From Candidatus Lindowbacteria bacterium RIFCSPLOWO2_12_FULL_62_27 (GTDB taxonomy: Bacteria > Lindowbacteria > 2-12-FULL-62-27), in assembly GCA_001784175.1 (NCBI GenBank), contig MFPR01000020.1, forward strand, positions 1 to 64,000: DNA of 64,000 nucleotides. Reading direction: 5' to 3'. This document shows positions 30,033 to 38,825 of the stretch, in pieces. The translations under genes and the position numbers were made by a program. The stretch's first letter is position 1, and every line of letters begins with the position of its first letter. A model generated the notes under the pieces. That model saw only the letters and a list, made by a program, of their open reading frames with translations. It made no database searches and was not told the origin of the DNA.

Positions 30033-32854
30033 CGGACGGTCAGGAAATCCTTCAGGATCTTCATGCGCATTTCGACGCCGGCGCCGGCATCCAGAAACGG
30101 GCGAAGTTCGTCGACCGATCGAAATTTGCGGGACTTGCGTGCCTTCAGAATACCGGATATCTCTCCGCGTCCGATATAGGGAATTCCCTTGAACCGGGCC
30201 TCCGGCAGAGTGTGGACGTCCTGCGGCTCGCCCCACAGGCTCAGGAATTCCAAGTCAACCGTCACGGTCCGATCGCCCGGTTTGACGTAGAGCGCCTTCC
30301 GATATCGGGCAAGGCGTTCCCCCGCCGGTTCTGATTTGGGATTGTACTGCAATGGCTCAATCACCCCGCGAATAAACTCCTCCACATCCCCAAACGCCCC
30401 CCGGCGGTGGCGGTGCATCATGATCAGGAGCGGATCCCGCCACGTTCGGAGCAGGCCTGTCAAATCCGAGAGTGAGGCATGATTCAGATCCAGCCGTTCC
30501 GCAACCGACGTGACGACGATGAAATCTTTCAACAGATTCAGCCGGATTTTGGGATCCCAGGATGCGTCCAGCAGCGGCAGAAGGTCTTGAAATGATCGGA
30601 ACGCCCGCCTCTCACGGACGCGCCAGACAGCCGTTTTTTCGTGCCCTTTCAAAAGAGGCAGGTTGTGGATCTGATCAAAGGACGCGGTGTTCAGATTGAC
30701 GGGTTCATTCCACATCCGCAGAAACTCCGGATCAACGGTCACCGTCGCGTCTCCCGGGGCAACCATAAGGATGTCCCGGTATCGTTTGACCTGTTCTTGA
30801 ACCGTTTCCCTATGGGGCTTGTAGCCGACCGGCAAAAGAATGCCGTTGATATATTCATCGACGCTCCGGAACGCTCCGTGACGGTGGCGGTGCATCATGA
30901 TGAGCATCGCGTCCCGGTCGCGGCCTTTGCCGAAGGCGCCAATCAGCTCTTCGAGCGAGGCGTGATTCAAGTCGACCCGGGCGCGCCTGGAAAGTCGGGA
31001 GGAAGCCAGTTGTTCGGCATAAAATTTGTCGACGGCCTGCTTGTAGGTGCGGTCGAGCGTTTCGTTGCCGAGAGTTATAAAATCCAGCCACACCACTTCC
31101 TTGCGCCTCTCATATCCCGCCGAGGGTCCGCTTGCGGCTTTCAGCACGTCGTCCAGGCTGCGAAGCGTTCCTCCATGGGCGCGGTACTGCACGATATCTC
31201 CGGCAGTGCTTGATCCAATAAAGGGCACGGTCGCGAGTTCTTCCGACGATGCGCGGTTGATGTCGATCCGCCGGTATCGTTTGAGAAATTCGTCGTCGGC
31301 CGGCGCGGCCGCATGGGACTCAACTTTCAACTGGTGACGGTAGTTCTGGATGGCATAGTATCTCATCCCGGCGAGGATCGCCCCCGCGTCATCCATATTC
31401 TTGAAAGCCCCATGATTGTGACGGTAGGCCAGCAGAGACATGGCGCAGTTGTCGCTCAGGCCTTTGATCCTGACCAGGTCTGAAAATTTCGCCGTGTTGA
31501 GGTCGACGACGAGGTCGGCGTCTTTTATGTGTTGAGTTGTCGGGGTCGACGATTTTTGAATCGCCCCGATGCGGGAAGGCGCCGGCGTGACATGAGGTGA
31601 CCGGCTCCAGAAGATCGCCCCCGCGATCAACGCGACGGGGAGGGCCGACCATGCGACGGCTTTGAGCAGGCGCCGCCGTCGCGCGTGCCGGCCGGACTGC
31701 GATCGGGAGCGCGTCACGCGGCAGAGGGATTCGGCTCCGGCCGCGATCAGGCCGCATGCCGGACAGGCCTGGCCGCCGGCCAGTCCGTGCCCGCATTCGG
31801 CGCATGGGGTGTTGTTGTCCGTTTCGGTCTCCGCTGGCGCCGCGGTCAGGCGGCGGCTGTGGCTGGCGCCGTGGTGGATCAGTCCCACGAACCTCCGCCT
31901 TCCCAGCTTTCCCGCCTCATCCACGACCGCCCAACGACGGGCATGGGGCAGGTAAACCAGGTCGTCCAGTTGATAGATCCGCCGAGGATCGTACGTTTCA
32001 TCCGGCGCCGGCCGGCTGAGGGCCTCGATGACGGCGGTTGCGGAGGGGAATCGGTATCGGGGATTTTTTTGGAGCAAACGATCGACGACGGCCGCCAAGG
32101 CCGGGGGAATGTCCGGATTCAGGTCGAGTACGGCGGGCGGCGACAGGTTGGGATTCCCTAATTTCTGAATGACGACGATATTATCCCCTTCGAATGGGGT
32201 CCGGCCGGTCAGCGCATGAAAGGCCACCGCGCCCATCGACCAGAGGTCCGACAGCTCCGGATGGACGCCGGCGGTCCCAAACTGTTCCGGGGCCATGAAG
32301 GAGGGCGTGCCGAAGTGCTGGCCGGTCATGGTGAGCGTGGCTTCGTCGACGAGTTTGGAGATGCCGAAATCGACGAGCCTGATTTGGGATGCGTCGTCCA
32401 CAATGACGTTCCTCGGGGAAATGTCGCGGTGGATGACGCCCATGCCGTGCGCATAAGAAAGAATCCCCGCAAGCTCCCGGATGAGTCGCGCGGCCAGGTC
32501 AGGCCCGCCGGAGGGGTGCGCCAGAACCCATTCGAGGGACCGGCCCTCGAAAAATTCCATGACGACGTATCTGCGGCCGTCCACCTCTCCGTCGTCGATG
32601 TGCCGTGGGATTCCGGGATGGTTCAGCTTCCGAAGCGACGCGCACTCCCGGTTAAAGCGCTCCCGGAATTGATCGTTCTTCGACAGATGCTGCGGCATGA
32701 CCTTGACCGCCACGGGCGCCCCGCCCATCGGGGATTCAGCCAGATAGACATTCCCCATGCCCCCGTGACCGATCTCCCGGATGATCCTGAAATCTCCGAA
32801 AAATTCGGCGCCTTCCAGCATGGAAGGCCAGTGAAACAGATCAGCCGGGGGCAT
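30029..32854 (-). CDS. membrane Ser/Thr protein kinase with a zinc ribbon and six ComEA-like helix-hairpin-helix units
   Basis: Intact kinase motifs, CAECG...CPACG, TM helix, then DLNTA/DINRAS/DLNHAS/NLNTAS/DLNHAS-type HhH units; alternative start at 32821. Confidence 0.9.
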   Translation of the reverse strand: MPPADLFHWPSMLEGAEFFGDFRIIREIGHGGMGNVYLAESPMGGAPVAVKVMPQHLSKNDQFRERFNRECASLRKLNHPGIPRHIDDGEVDGRRYVVMEFFEGRSLEWVLAHPSGGPDLAARLIRELAGILSYAHGMGVIHRDISPRNVIVDDASQIRLVDFGISKLVDEATLTMTGQHFGTPSFMAPEQFGTAGVHPELSDLWSMGAVAFHALTGRTPFEGDNIVVIQKLGNPNLSPPAVLDLNPDIPPALAAVVDRLLQKNPRYRFPSATAVIEALSRPAPDETYDPRRIYQLDDLVYLPHARRWAVVDEAGKLGRRRFVGLIHHGASHSRRLTAAPAETETDNNTPCAECGHGLAGGQACPACGLIAAGAESLCRVTRSRSQSGRHARRRRLLKAVAWSALPVALIAGAIFWSRSPHVTPAPSRIGAIQKSSTPTTQHIKDADLVVDLNTAKFSDLVRIKGLSDNCAMSLLAYRHNHGAFKNMDDAGAILAGMRYYAIQNYRHQLKVESHAAAPADDEFLKRYRRIDINRASSEELATVPFIGSSTAGDIVQYRAHGGTLRSLDDVLKAASGPSAGYERRKEVVWLDFITLGNETLDRTYKQAVDKFYAEQLASSRLSRRARVDLNHASLEELIGAFGKGRDRDAMLIMMHRHRHGAFRSVDEYINGILLPVGYKPHRETVQEQVKRYRDILMVAPGDATVTVDPEFLRMWNEPVNLNTASFDQIHNLPLLKGHEKTAVWRVRERRAFRSFQDLLPLLDASWDPKIRLNLLKDFIVVTSVAERLDLNHASLSDLTGLLRTWRDPLLIMMHRHRRGAFGDVEEFIRGVIEPLQYNPKSEPAGERLARYRKALYVKPGDRTVTVDLEFLSLWGEPQDVHTLPEARFKGIPYIGRGEISGILKARKSRKFRSVDELRPFLDAGAGVEMRMKILKDFLTVR

Positions 32855-32909
32855 TCAAGCGCCGTACGCACGGCTTCCTCAAACCGGCGGCATTAGTTAA
32901 CGTGACTTC

Positions 32910-33689
32910 ATGCTGCACCGCCTGGTTGTGTGGATCGTTGCCTGTGGATTCTGTCTCCTTTCATCCGCCGCCGCGTCGGATGTCCGGCAAAGCCTGGAAC
33001 GGATCCGGCGGGCGCAGTCGACGGCGGAGGTGGGGGAGATCGTGAAGATCGCGAGGGAAATTGCCGATGAGATATTCATGGCGCCCGCGCCGACCCCCCG
33101 GCTGACCGCGACCGTGGTGGGATTGTTCCGGAAAGCCGAGGCGCTGAATGGCGGCGCGCTGTCGGCGGAGGACGCGGGCCGGGTCGGGCGTTTGTATCTG
33201 ATGCTGTCGGAGTCCTACGCCGACGTGGCGAAACGATATCTGGACCGGTCGGTGCGGGAGACGGGGGATCCGGAGGAGCGGGTGGCGCTGGGGAACGCCG
33301 AATTGTATTTGGGCAACCCGGGCGCGGCGCGGCGGGAGTATCTGAAGGTGAGCGAGCGTCGGCCGGAGGATCAGGTGGTGCTGGTGAATCTGGCGATGGC
33401 CGAGCGGGCCCTGGGCGACACGGCCTCCGCGTACGGGCGCCTGCGGCAGGTCCAGTCGCGCCCGAGAAACGTGGCGGTCGAGCGGATCGCGACGCTGGCG
33501 ATGGCGGACATACAACTTGCGTCGAGAGATTATTCGGGCGCGCGTCTGGAAGTGCAGAAACTATTGAGAAAGTGGCCGTCGGACCGGGAGGGGTTGATGA
33601 TGCTGAAACAGATATTCGAGAAGGAAGGCAAGGCCAGGGAGTCACGGGAAGTGGAAACGCGTCTGAAGGGACGCCCGGGAAGACCTTAG
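32910..33689 (+). CDS. exported TPR protein
   Basis: Signal peptide-like N-terminus followed by TPR motifs ([34 protein letters not shown]). Confidence 0.8.
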   Translation: MLHRLVVWIVACGFCLLSSAAASDVRQSLERIRRAQSTAEVGEIVKIAREIADEIFMAPAPTPRLTATVVGLFRKAEALNGGALSAEDAGRVGRLYLMLSESYADVAKRYLDRSVRETGDPEERVALGNAELYLGNPGAARREYLKVSERRPEDQVVLVNLAMAERALGDTASAYGRLRQVQSRPRNVAVERIATLAMADIQLASRDYSGARLEVQKLLRKWPSDREGLMMLKQIFEKEGKARESREVETRLKGRPGRP

Positions 33690-33702
33690 GGAGGATTTCG
33701 GG

Positions 33703-34725
33703 ATGAAACTGCTGAACACGATACTCGGGTATGTTTCGAGCGATATGGGAATCGATCTTGGAACCGCGAACACGCTGGTGTACGTGAAGGGCCAGGGCAT
33801 TGTCCTGCGCGAGCCGAGCGTAGTGGCGATCGACACCGACACGGGGGATGTCAAGGCCGTGGGCGACGAGGCGAAGCGGATGGTCGGGCGAACGCCCGCG
33901 CACATCCAGGCGATCCGGCCGCTGAAGGACGGCGTGATCGCGAACTTTGACGTCGCGGAAAAGATGATCCGGCATTTCATCGAGAAGGTCCACAACCGGC
34001 GCAGCACCTGGGTGTCGCCCCGGATCGTGATCGGCGTTCCGTCGGGAATCACCGAAGTGGAGAAACGGGCCGTGACCGAATCGGCGCTCGCCGCGGGCGC
34101 GCGGGAGGCGCTGACGATCGAGGAGCCGCTGGCGGCGGCCATCGGCGCGAACATGCCCGTCCAGGAGCCGTCGGGCAACATGGTGGTCGACATCGGCGGC
34201 GGGACGACCGAGGTTGCCGTCATATCGCTCGGCGGGATGGTGCGGTCGGCCAGCGTGCGGGTGGCGGGCGATGAGCTGGACGACGCGGTGACGCAGCACA
34301 TCAAGAAGGTCTACAACCTGATGATCGGCGAGCGGACGGCGGAGGACATCAAGATCCAGATCGGCTCGGCGTTTCCGCTGGATGAGGAGAAGACGTTGGA
34401 GATCCGCGGCCGGGATCTCATCAGCGGCCTGCCGAAGACGATCACGATCAGTTCGGAAGAAATCCGGGAGGCGTTGTCCGAGCCGCTGACGACCATTCTG
34501 AGCGCGGTGAAGGAGACGCTGGAGCAGACGCCGCCGGAACTGGCGTCGGACATCATGGAACGCGGGATCCTCATGGCCGGCGGCGGCGCGCTTCTCAGGG
34601 GCATCGACAAGCTGTTGAGCAAGGAGACCGGCCTGCCGGTGCACGTGGCGGAGGATCCGCTGACCTGCGTGGTGCTGGGCGCGGGGAAATATCTCGAAGA
34701 AATGAAAAATTTCCATCCGCTCTGA
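33703..34725 (+). CDS. mreB: rod shape-determining protein MreB
   Basis: [24 protein letters not shown] and GGGALL motifs; AGGGAGG RBS. Confidence 0.98.
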   Translation: MKLLNTILGYVSSDMGIDLGTANTLVYVKGQGIVLREPSVVAIDTDTGDVKAVGDEAKRMVGRTPAHIQAIRPLKDGVIANFDVAEKMIRHFIEKVHNRRSTWVSPRIVIGVPSGITEVEKRAVTESALAAGAREALTIEEPLAAAIGANMPVQEPSGNMVVDIGGGTTEVAVISLGGMVRSASVRVAGDELDDAVTQHIKKVYNLMIGERTAEDIKIQIGSAFPLDEEKTLEIRGRDLISGLPKTITISSEEIREALSEPLTTILSAVKETLEQTPPELASDIMERGILMAGGGALLRGIDKLLSKETGLPVHVAEDPLTCVVLGAGKYLEEMKNFHPL

Positions 34726-34736
34726 GCTGATGTGAT

Positions 34737-35633
34737 GTGGGGAGGGAGCATTCACACCGTCATCCGGACCTGACCGGTCCGGCGCCCTCCTTCCGGCCTT
34801 CCCGTTCGGAATTCGTCCTGCTTCTTGTGGCGGCGCTCCTTTACTGGTTTCAGCCCGTGTGGCCGGCGCTCCGGTTTGCGCCGGCGTTTCTCGAAGGCGG
34901 CGTCCGGGACTGGGTGGGCGAGCGTGGGGCGCGCATGGCCGACTGGAAGGGCGCGCGCCGGAAACTGGAAGCGTCCCGCCGGGAGAACGAACAACTCCGG
35001 GCGGAACTTTTGGTCAAAGACGCCGAGGTTCGGATGCTGTCCTTGCAGGTCCTTGAAAACGACGCGCTCCGGTCTCTGTTCTCGCTTTCCAAACGTCCCG
35101 ACTATCGTTACCTGTACGGCGAGGTCCGGTCCCGCAAGGTCCGGAGCACGGACGCGCGGCTCTTTGTCCGCGTGGCCGGCATGGACCCGGCGATCCGGGA
35201 GACGCTCCCGGGCGCGCCCGTGGTCGCGGCGGTTCCGCCCCAGTGGATCGCGGTGGGGCAGGTGGTTCAGGCGAAGGAGAGTCTGGTCGAAGTGATGCTC
35301 TTGTCTGATCCGCGTTCTCGAATCGGCGTGACGGCGGTCGACACGCCGTCGCTCGGCAGCGCTCTGATGATCGGCGCCGGCGCCGACCGGATGGTCCTGG
35401 ATTTTGTGGCGCATCCGACGTTCGTCAAGAAACTGTATCCGGACCTGATTCTGGTGACGGGTCCGGAGAGCCGGTTCCCGCAGGGACTGGCGGCGGCGCG
35501 GCTCGCGGCCGATCAGGGCCACGCGGAATCGGGATGGACGCCGGATGCCCTGCGACCGCGGCCGGTGGTTCCGTACGAGGAGTTGCCGTTCGTGGTGATT
35601 CTGGCGCCGCTTCGCGAGGACCAGCGATGGTGA
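34737..35633 (+). CDS. mreC: rod shape-determining protein MreC
   Basis: TM helix, coiled coil (ENEQLR...ENDALRSL) and VGQV...V.LLSDP; located between mreB and mreD. Confidence 0.75.
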   Translation: MGREHSHRHPDLTGPAPSFRPSRSEFVLLLVAALLYWFQPVWPALRFAPAFLEGGVRDWVGERGARMADWKGARRKLEASRRENEQLRAELLVKDAEVRMLSLQVLENDALRSLFSLSKRPDYRYLYGEVRSRKVRSTDARLFVRVAGMDPAIRETLPGAPVVAAVPPQWIAVGQVVQAKESLVEVMLLSDPRSRIGVTAVDTPSLGSALMIGAGADRMVLDFVAHPTFVKKLYPDLILVTGPESRFPQGLAAARLAADQGHAESGWTPDALRPRPVVPYEELPFVVILAPLREDQRW

Positions 35634-36085
35634 TTCTCAAGTTTCTGATTCTGTCGCTGGCCGGCGTCTTTTTCTGCGTGGCGAGCGTGCCCACGCCGAT
35701 CGGCGCGATCCGGTTCGAGTTCCCGTTTTTTCTGGTCTACCTGAGTGCGGTCCGGGACCGGCGGCCGTGGCAGTCCGGCCTGACATTTTTTGTGCCGTCG
35801 GTCGTGTTTGATTTCATCGACCAGCAATTTGCGTCGACGTTCGCCCATCTACTCGTGTTCATGGCCCTCCGGCGGATGAATGGCCTTGTGCATTTCGACC
35901 GGGTCCCCAACGCATTGTTTCTCGGCTTCATCGCCGCCGTGGTCGACCGGGCCTTCTTTGGATTTTTTGCGGGCGTGAAGGCGGGCCTTGGGGCGGACCT
36001 CGTGTGGAACGCGATGCTGGATCCGGCCTATGCGCTGACGGTGGCGGCGCTCTACGCCTGGCTCGCGTATTTCCGGCCCAGGTGA
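35627..36085 (+). CDS. mreD: probable MreD (multi-TM membrane protein)
   Basis: Hydrophobic ~152-aa protein; assigned by position between mreC and mrdA. Confidence 0.6.
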   Translation: MVILKFLILSLAGVFFCVASVPTPIGAIRFEFPFFLVYLSAVRDRRPWQSGLTFFVPSVVFDFIDQQFASTFAHLLVFMALRRMNGLVHFDRVPNALFLGFIAAVVDRAFFGFFAGVKAGLGADLVWNAMLDPAYALTVAALYAWLAYFRPR

Positions 36086-37914
36086 GTTCCTCCGTCTTTC
36101 GGCGTCCCCAGACACTCCCCACGTTTCAGGCCACCCTCCCCGCCCTGGCGGTGCTGGCGCTGGTGTGGCTCCTGTTCATGATTCGGCTGTACGAGCTTCA
36201 GGTGCGGGACCGCGGCCTCTATGAGGTCAAGTCCGAAGACAACCGGATCGTCCGCCTGACCCGGCTGGCGTCCCGGGGGGAAATCCTGGACCGGAAAGGA
36301 GAACTTCTGGTGGCGTCGCGGTTCGCGGTCGATCTTGTGGCCCCGAACCGCCATCTGAAGCCGCGCGACCTCGAAGATGTATGCCTGCGATTGTCTCCGG
36401 CGCTTGGCGTTCCGCCCAAACGCCTGCGCGCCGCCTATCACGCCGAACTTCGGAAAACATACGCCTATCAGGCGGTTCCCATCCAGCAGAACCTTACCGA
36501 AACGCAAACGGTGCGTGCGGGAGAAATTCTCTGGCGCGTGCCGGAGGCGCGCCTGCAGAAGCGCCTGACACGATGGTACGCGGAGAGGGACCTTGAGGCG
36601 CATGCGCTGGGATACGTGAACGAAGTGTCGAAGGAGGACATGGAGCGGGACGCGACCTACCCGCTGGGAAGCGTCATCGGCCGTGCGGGGATCGAGGAGA
36701 TACTGGAGCCGTATCTGCGCGGCGCGGACGGCTGGAAGTGGGCGGAAGTCGACGCGCACGGGCGGATTCGCCGGGACCTCATGGACCTGCCGCAGACCGA
36801 CCCGGTCCCCGGCGCGACGGCGCACCTGACGCTGGACCGGCGGATGGCGCGCGCGTTCGAGGAGGAGTTCGGGGACTCGAGCGGATTCGGGATTCTGATG
36901 GACGCGCAGACCGGCGCGATCCGCGCGATTTTTTCCAAGCCGGCCTTCGACCCGAACCGGCTGGTGACCACCGACATTCAATACATCCGGCATCTCCGGC
37001 TGGACGCGAATCATCCCTTCTTCAACCGCGCCGTCCAGTCGGCGTTTCCGCCGGGCTCGACGTTCAAGACCGTGAATTTTGTGGCGGCTGTAGAATCGGG
37101 CCTGGCCGATGAGGGGACGCGGTTTTATTGCTCGGGAAAATTCCGCATGGGCCGCCGGATCGCCGAGTGCTGGAAGGAAAAGGGCCACGGCCGGATGAGC
37201 CTGGTGCCCGCGCTCATCCATTCATGCAACGTCTACTTCTACAACCTGGGCTTGGTCCTCCGGGTCGACCGCATGCACGAAGCGGGCCGGATGTTTCGAT
37301 TGGGCGAAAAGACCGGATTCATTCTTTCGGGAGAGCCTTCGGGGATTTTACCGAACGCGGAATGGAAGGAGCGGCGGATGGGCGAGAAGTGGACAGGGGG
37401 CGACGACGTCAACATGAGCATCGGCCAAGGGTTTCTCTTGGTGACGCCGCTTCAGCAGGTGGTCCTGATGGCAAGCCTTTTCAACGGAGGCGCGATTGTG
37501 CGACCCTATCTGATCGAAAAGGCCGTGTCGCCGTCCGGCGACATCGTTTACGCGGAAGGGATGAACGTCCGCAGTTACATTCCTGTTTCCGACAGCACGC
37601 TGGCCCTGGTCCGGACGGCACTTCGCGGTGTGGTCGTGCAGGGCACCGGCACGCGCGCCGGCCGCGACGCGTTTGGCCGGCCGCATGGCGTGGCGGTGTA
37701 CGGCAAGACCGGCACGGTGCAGCGCGCGGGTCGGGAGGCGGTGGAGCGCGCGGGTGTGGATCCGGAGGATCACGGCTGGTTTTTGTGTTACTTTGAACTG
37801 GGCGACGAAAAGTTCACAGCGGTGGTCATGAAAGAGGCGGCGGGCCACGGCGGCGCCGTCGCCGCTCCCGTCATCGGCCGGTTTATCAGCCGGTTGCTAC
37901 AATCTCCGATATAG
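36082..37914 (+). CDS. mrdA: penicillin-binding protein 2
   Basis: RGEILDRKG, PPGSTFK (SxxK), SCN and KTGT motifs. Confidence 0.93.
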   Translation: MSSSVFRRPQTLPTFQATLPALAVLALVWLLFMIRLYELQVRDRGLYEVKSEDNRIVRLTRLASRGEILDRKGELLVASRFAVDLVAPNRHLKPRDLEDVCLRLSPALGVPPKRLRAAYHAELRKTYAYQAVPIQQNLTETQTVRAGEILWRVPEARLQKRLTRWYAERDLEAHALGYVNEVSKEDMERDATYPLGSVIGRAGIEEILEPYLRGADGWKWAEVDAHGRIRRDLMDLPQTDPVPGATAHLTLDRRMARAFEEEFGDSSGFGILMDAQTGAIRAIFSKPAFDPNRLVTTDIQYIRHLRLDANHPFFNRAVQSAFPPGSTFKTVNFVAAVESGLADEGTRFYCSGKFRMGRRIAECWKEKGHGRMSLVPALIHSCNVYFYNLGLVLRVDRMHEAGRMFRLGEKTGFILSGEPSGILPNAEWKERRMGEKWTGGDDVNMSIGQGFLLVTPLQQVVLMASLFNGGAIVRPYLIEKAVSPSGDIVYAEGMNVRSYIPVSDSTLALVRTALRGVVVQGTGTRAGRDAFGRPHGVAVYGKTGTVQRAGREAVERAGVDPEDHGWFLCYFELGDEKFTAVVMKEAAGHGGAVAAPVIGRFISRLLQSPI

Positions 37915-38499
37915 GCCGATCACTTTTCCGACAATTTCGGCCTCGTCGGCCGGGATGGGAGTATAGGCGGGGTTTTCAGGTTTGAGGACATAGCGCTCGC
38001 GCTGTTTGACGAGCCGTTTGACGGTGGCGTCCTCGCCGATTCGCGCCACCACGATGTCGTTCTCCTCGGCGGCCGGCTGCACTCGGACAATCACAATATC
38101 GTCTTCATGAATGCCGGCGTCGATCATTGAGTCACCGCGGATCTCCAGGCCGAACACCTGGCCTTTGGGCAGAAGCGCCGGATCGAGGGTGATCGAGTCA
38201 TCCGAAAGTTCAAACGCCTGGGCGAGCGGCCCGGCCGGAACCCGGCCGAGCACCGGGATCCGCCGGCCGACCGCGTGGTCCCGCAGGATGAATTGGCGCG
38301 CGCGGCGCCGAAGCGTTTGGGCCGGCTGGCCGGACAGAAACCCTTTTCGTTTGAGGCCCTCCACATGCGTCTGGGCGCTTCCGACCGACACGCCGAGATG
38401 CGCGGCGATTTCCCTGAACGTGGGCGGCACGCCGTTTTTCTCGACGTGGGATTCGATGAATCGCAGGGCCCGGTGCTGCTTGGGGGTCAGCGTTTCCAT
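37897..38499 (-). CDS. lexA: SOS repressor LexA
   Basis: LTPKQ, PPTFREIA, LGRVPAG (Ala-Gly cleavage site), GDSMIDAGI and ATVKR motifs. Confidence 0.95.
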   Translation of the reverse strand: METLTPKQHRALRFIESHVEKNGVPPTFREIAAHLGVSVGSAQTHVEGLKRKGFLSGQPAQTLRRRARQFILRDHAVGRRIPVLGRVPAGPLAQAFELSDDSITLDPALLPKGQVFGLEIRGDSMIDAGIHEDDIVIVRVQPAAEENDIVVARIGEDATVKRLVKQRERYVLKPENPAYTPIPADEAEIVGKVIGLYRRL

Positions 38500-38505
38500 G
38501 GGGGT

Positions 38506-38533
38506 ACTATACCTACGGGTGTATGTTTGTCAA
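38506..38533 (-). promoter_or_regulatory. lexA promoter with an overlapping palindrome (candidate SOS box)
   Basis: Minus strand TTGACA-N16-TATAGT, 6 nt before the ATG; ATAC-N8-GTAT at 38509-38524. Confidence 0.65.
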
Positions 38534-38815
38534 TTATTTTTTCAAATATTTATCGAACAACTTCGTGCTTGCCTTGAAGCGGACCGTGCGGCGGGCGGGG
38601 ATGCGCGCGCGGGGGCGGCCGGGGAATTGGACGTTGCGGGCGGCGTGGGCGCGGACGATGAAGCGGCCGAATCCGCTCATCATGACTTTGCCGTCCTGTT
38701 CCAGGCCTTCGCAGATTCCGTCGAGAATGGCGTTGATGGCGTCTTCGGATTCGCGTTCCGTCAGGCCCAGCGCTTTCAAGTGGCGGATCAGTCCCTGACG
38801 GCCGTGTTCGGACAT
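38534..38815 (-). CDS. HU/IHF family DNA-binding protein
   Basis: GKVMMSGFGRF...ARN...IPARRTVRFKAS. Confidence 0.88.
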   Translation of the reverse strand: MSEHGRQGLIRHLKALGLTERESEDAINAILDGICEGLEQDGKVMMSGFGRFIVRAHAARNVQFPGRPRARIPARRTVRFKASTKLFDKYLKK

Positions 38816-38825
38816 GGCGGTCCGT

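Noticed and set aside
37897-37914. Convergent mrdA/lexA 3' overlap and absence of rodA
   Set aside because: Short convergent overlaps are common, and rodA is often located elsewhere.
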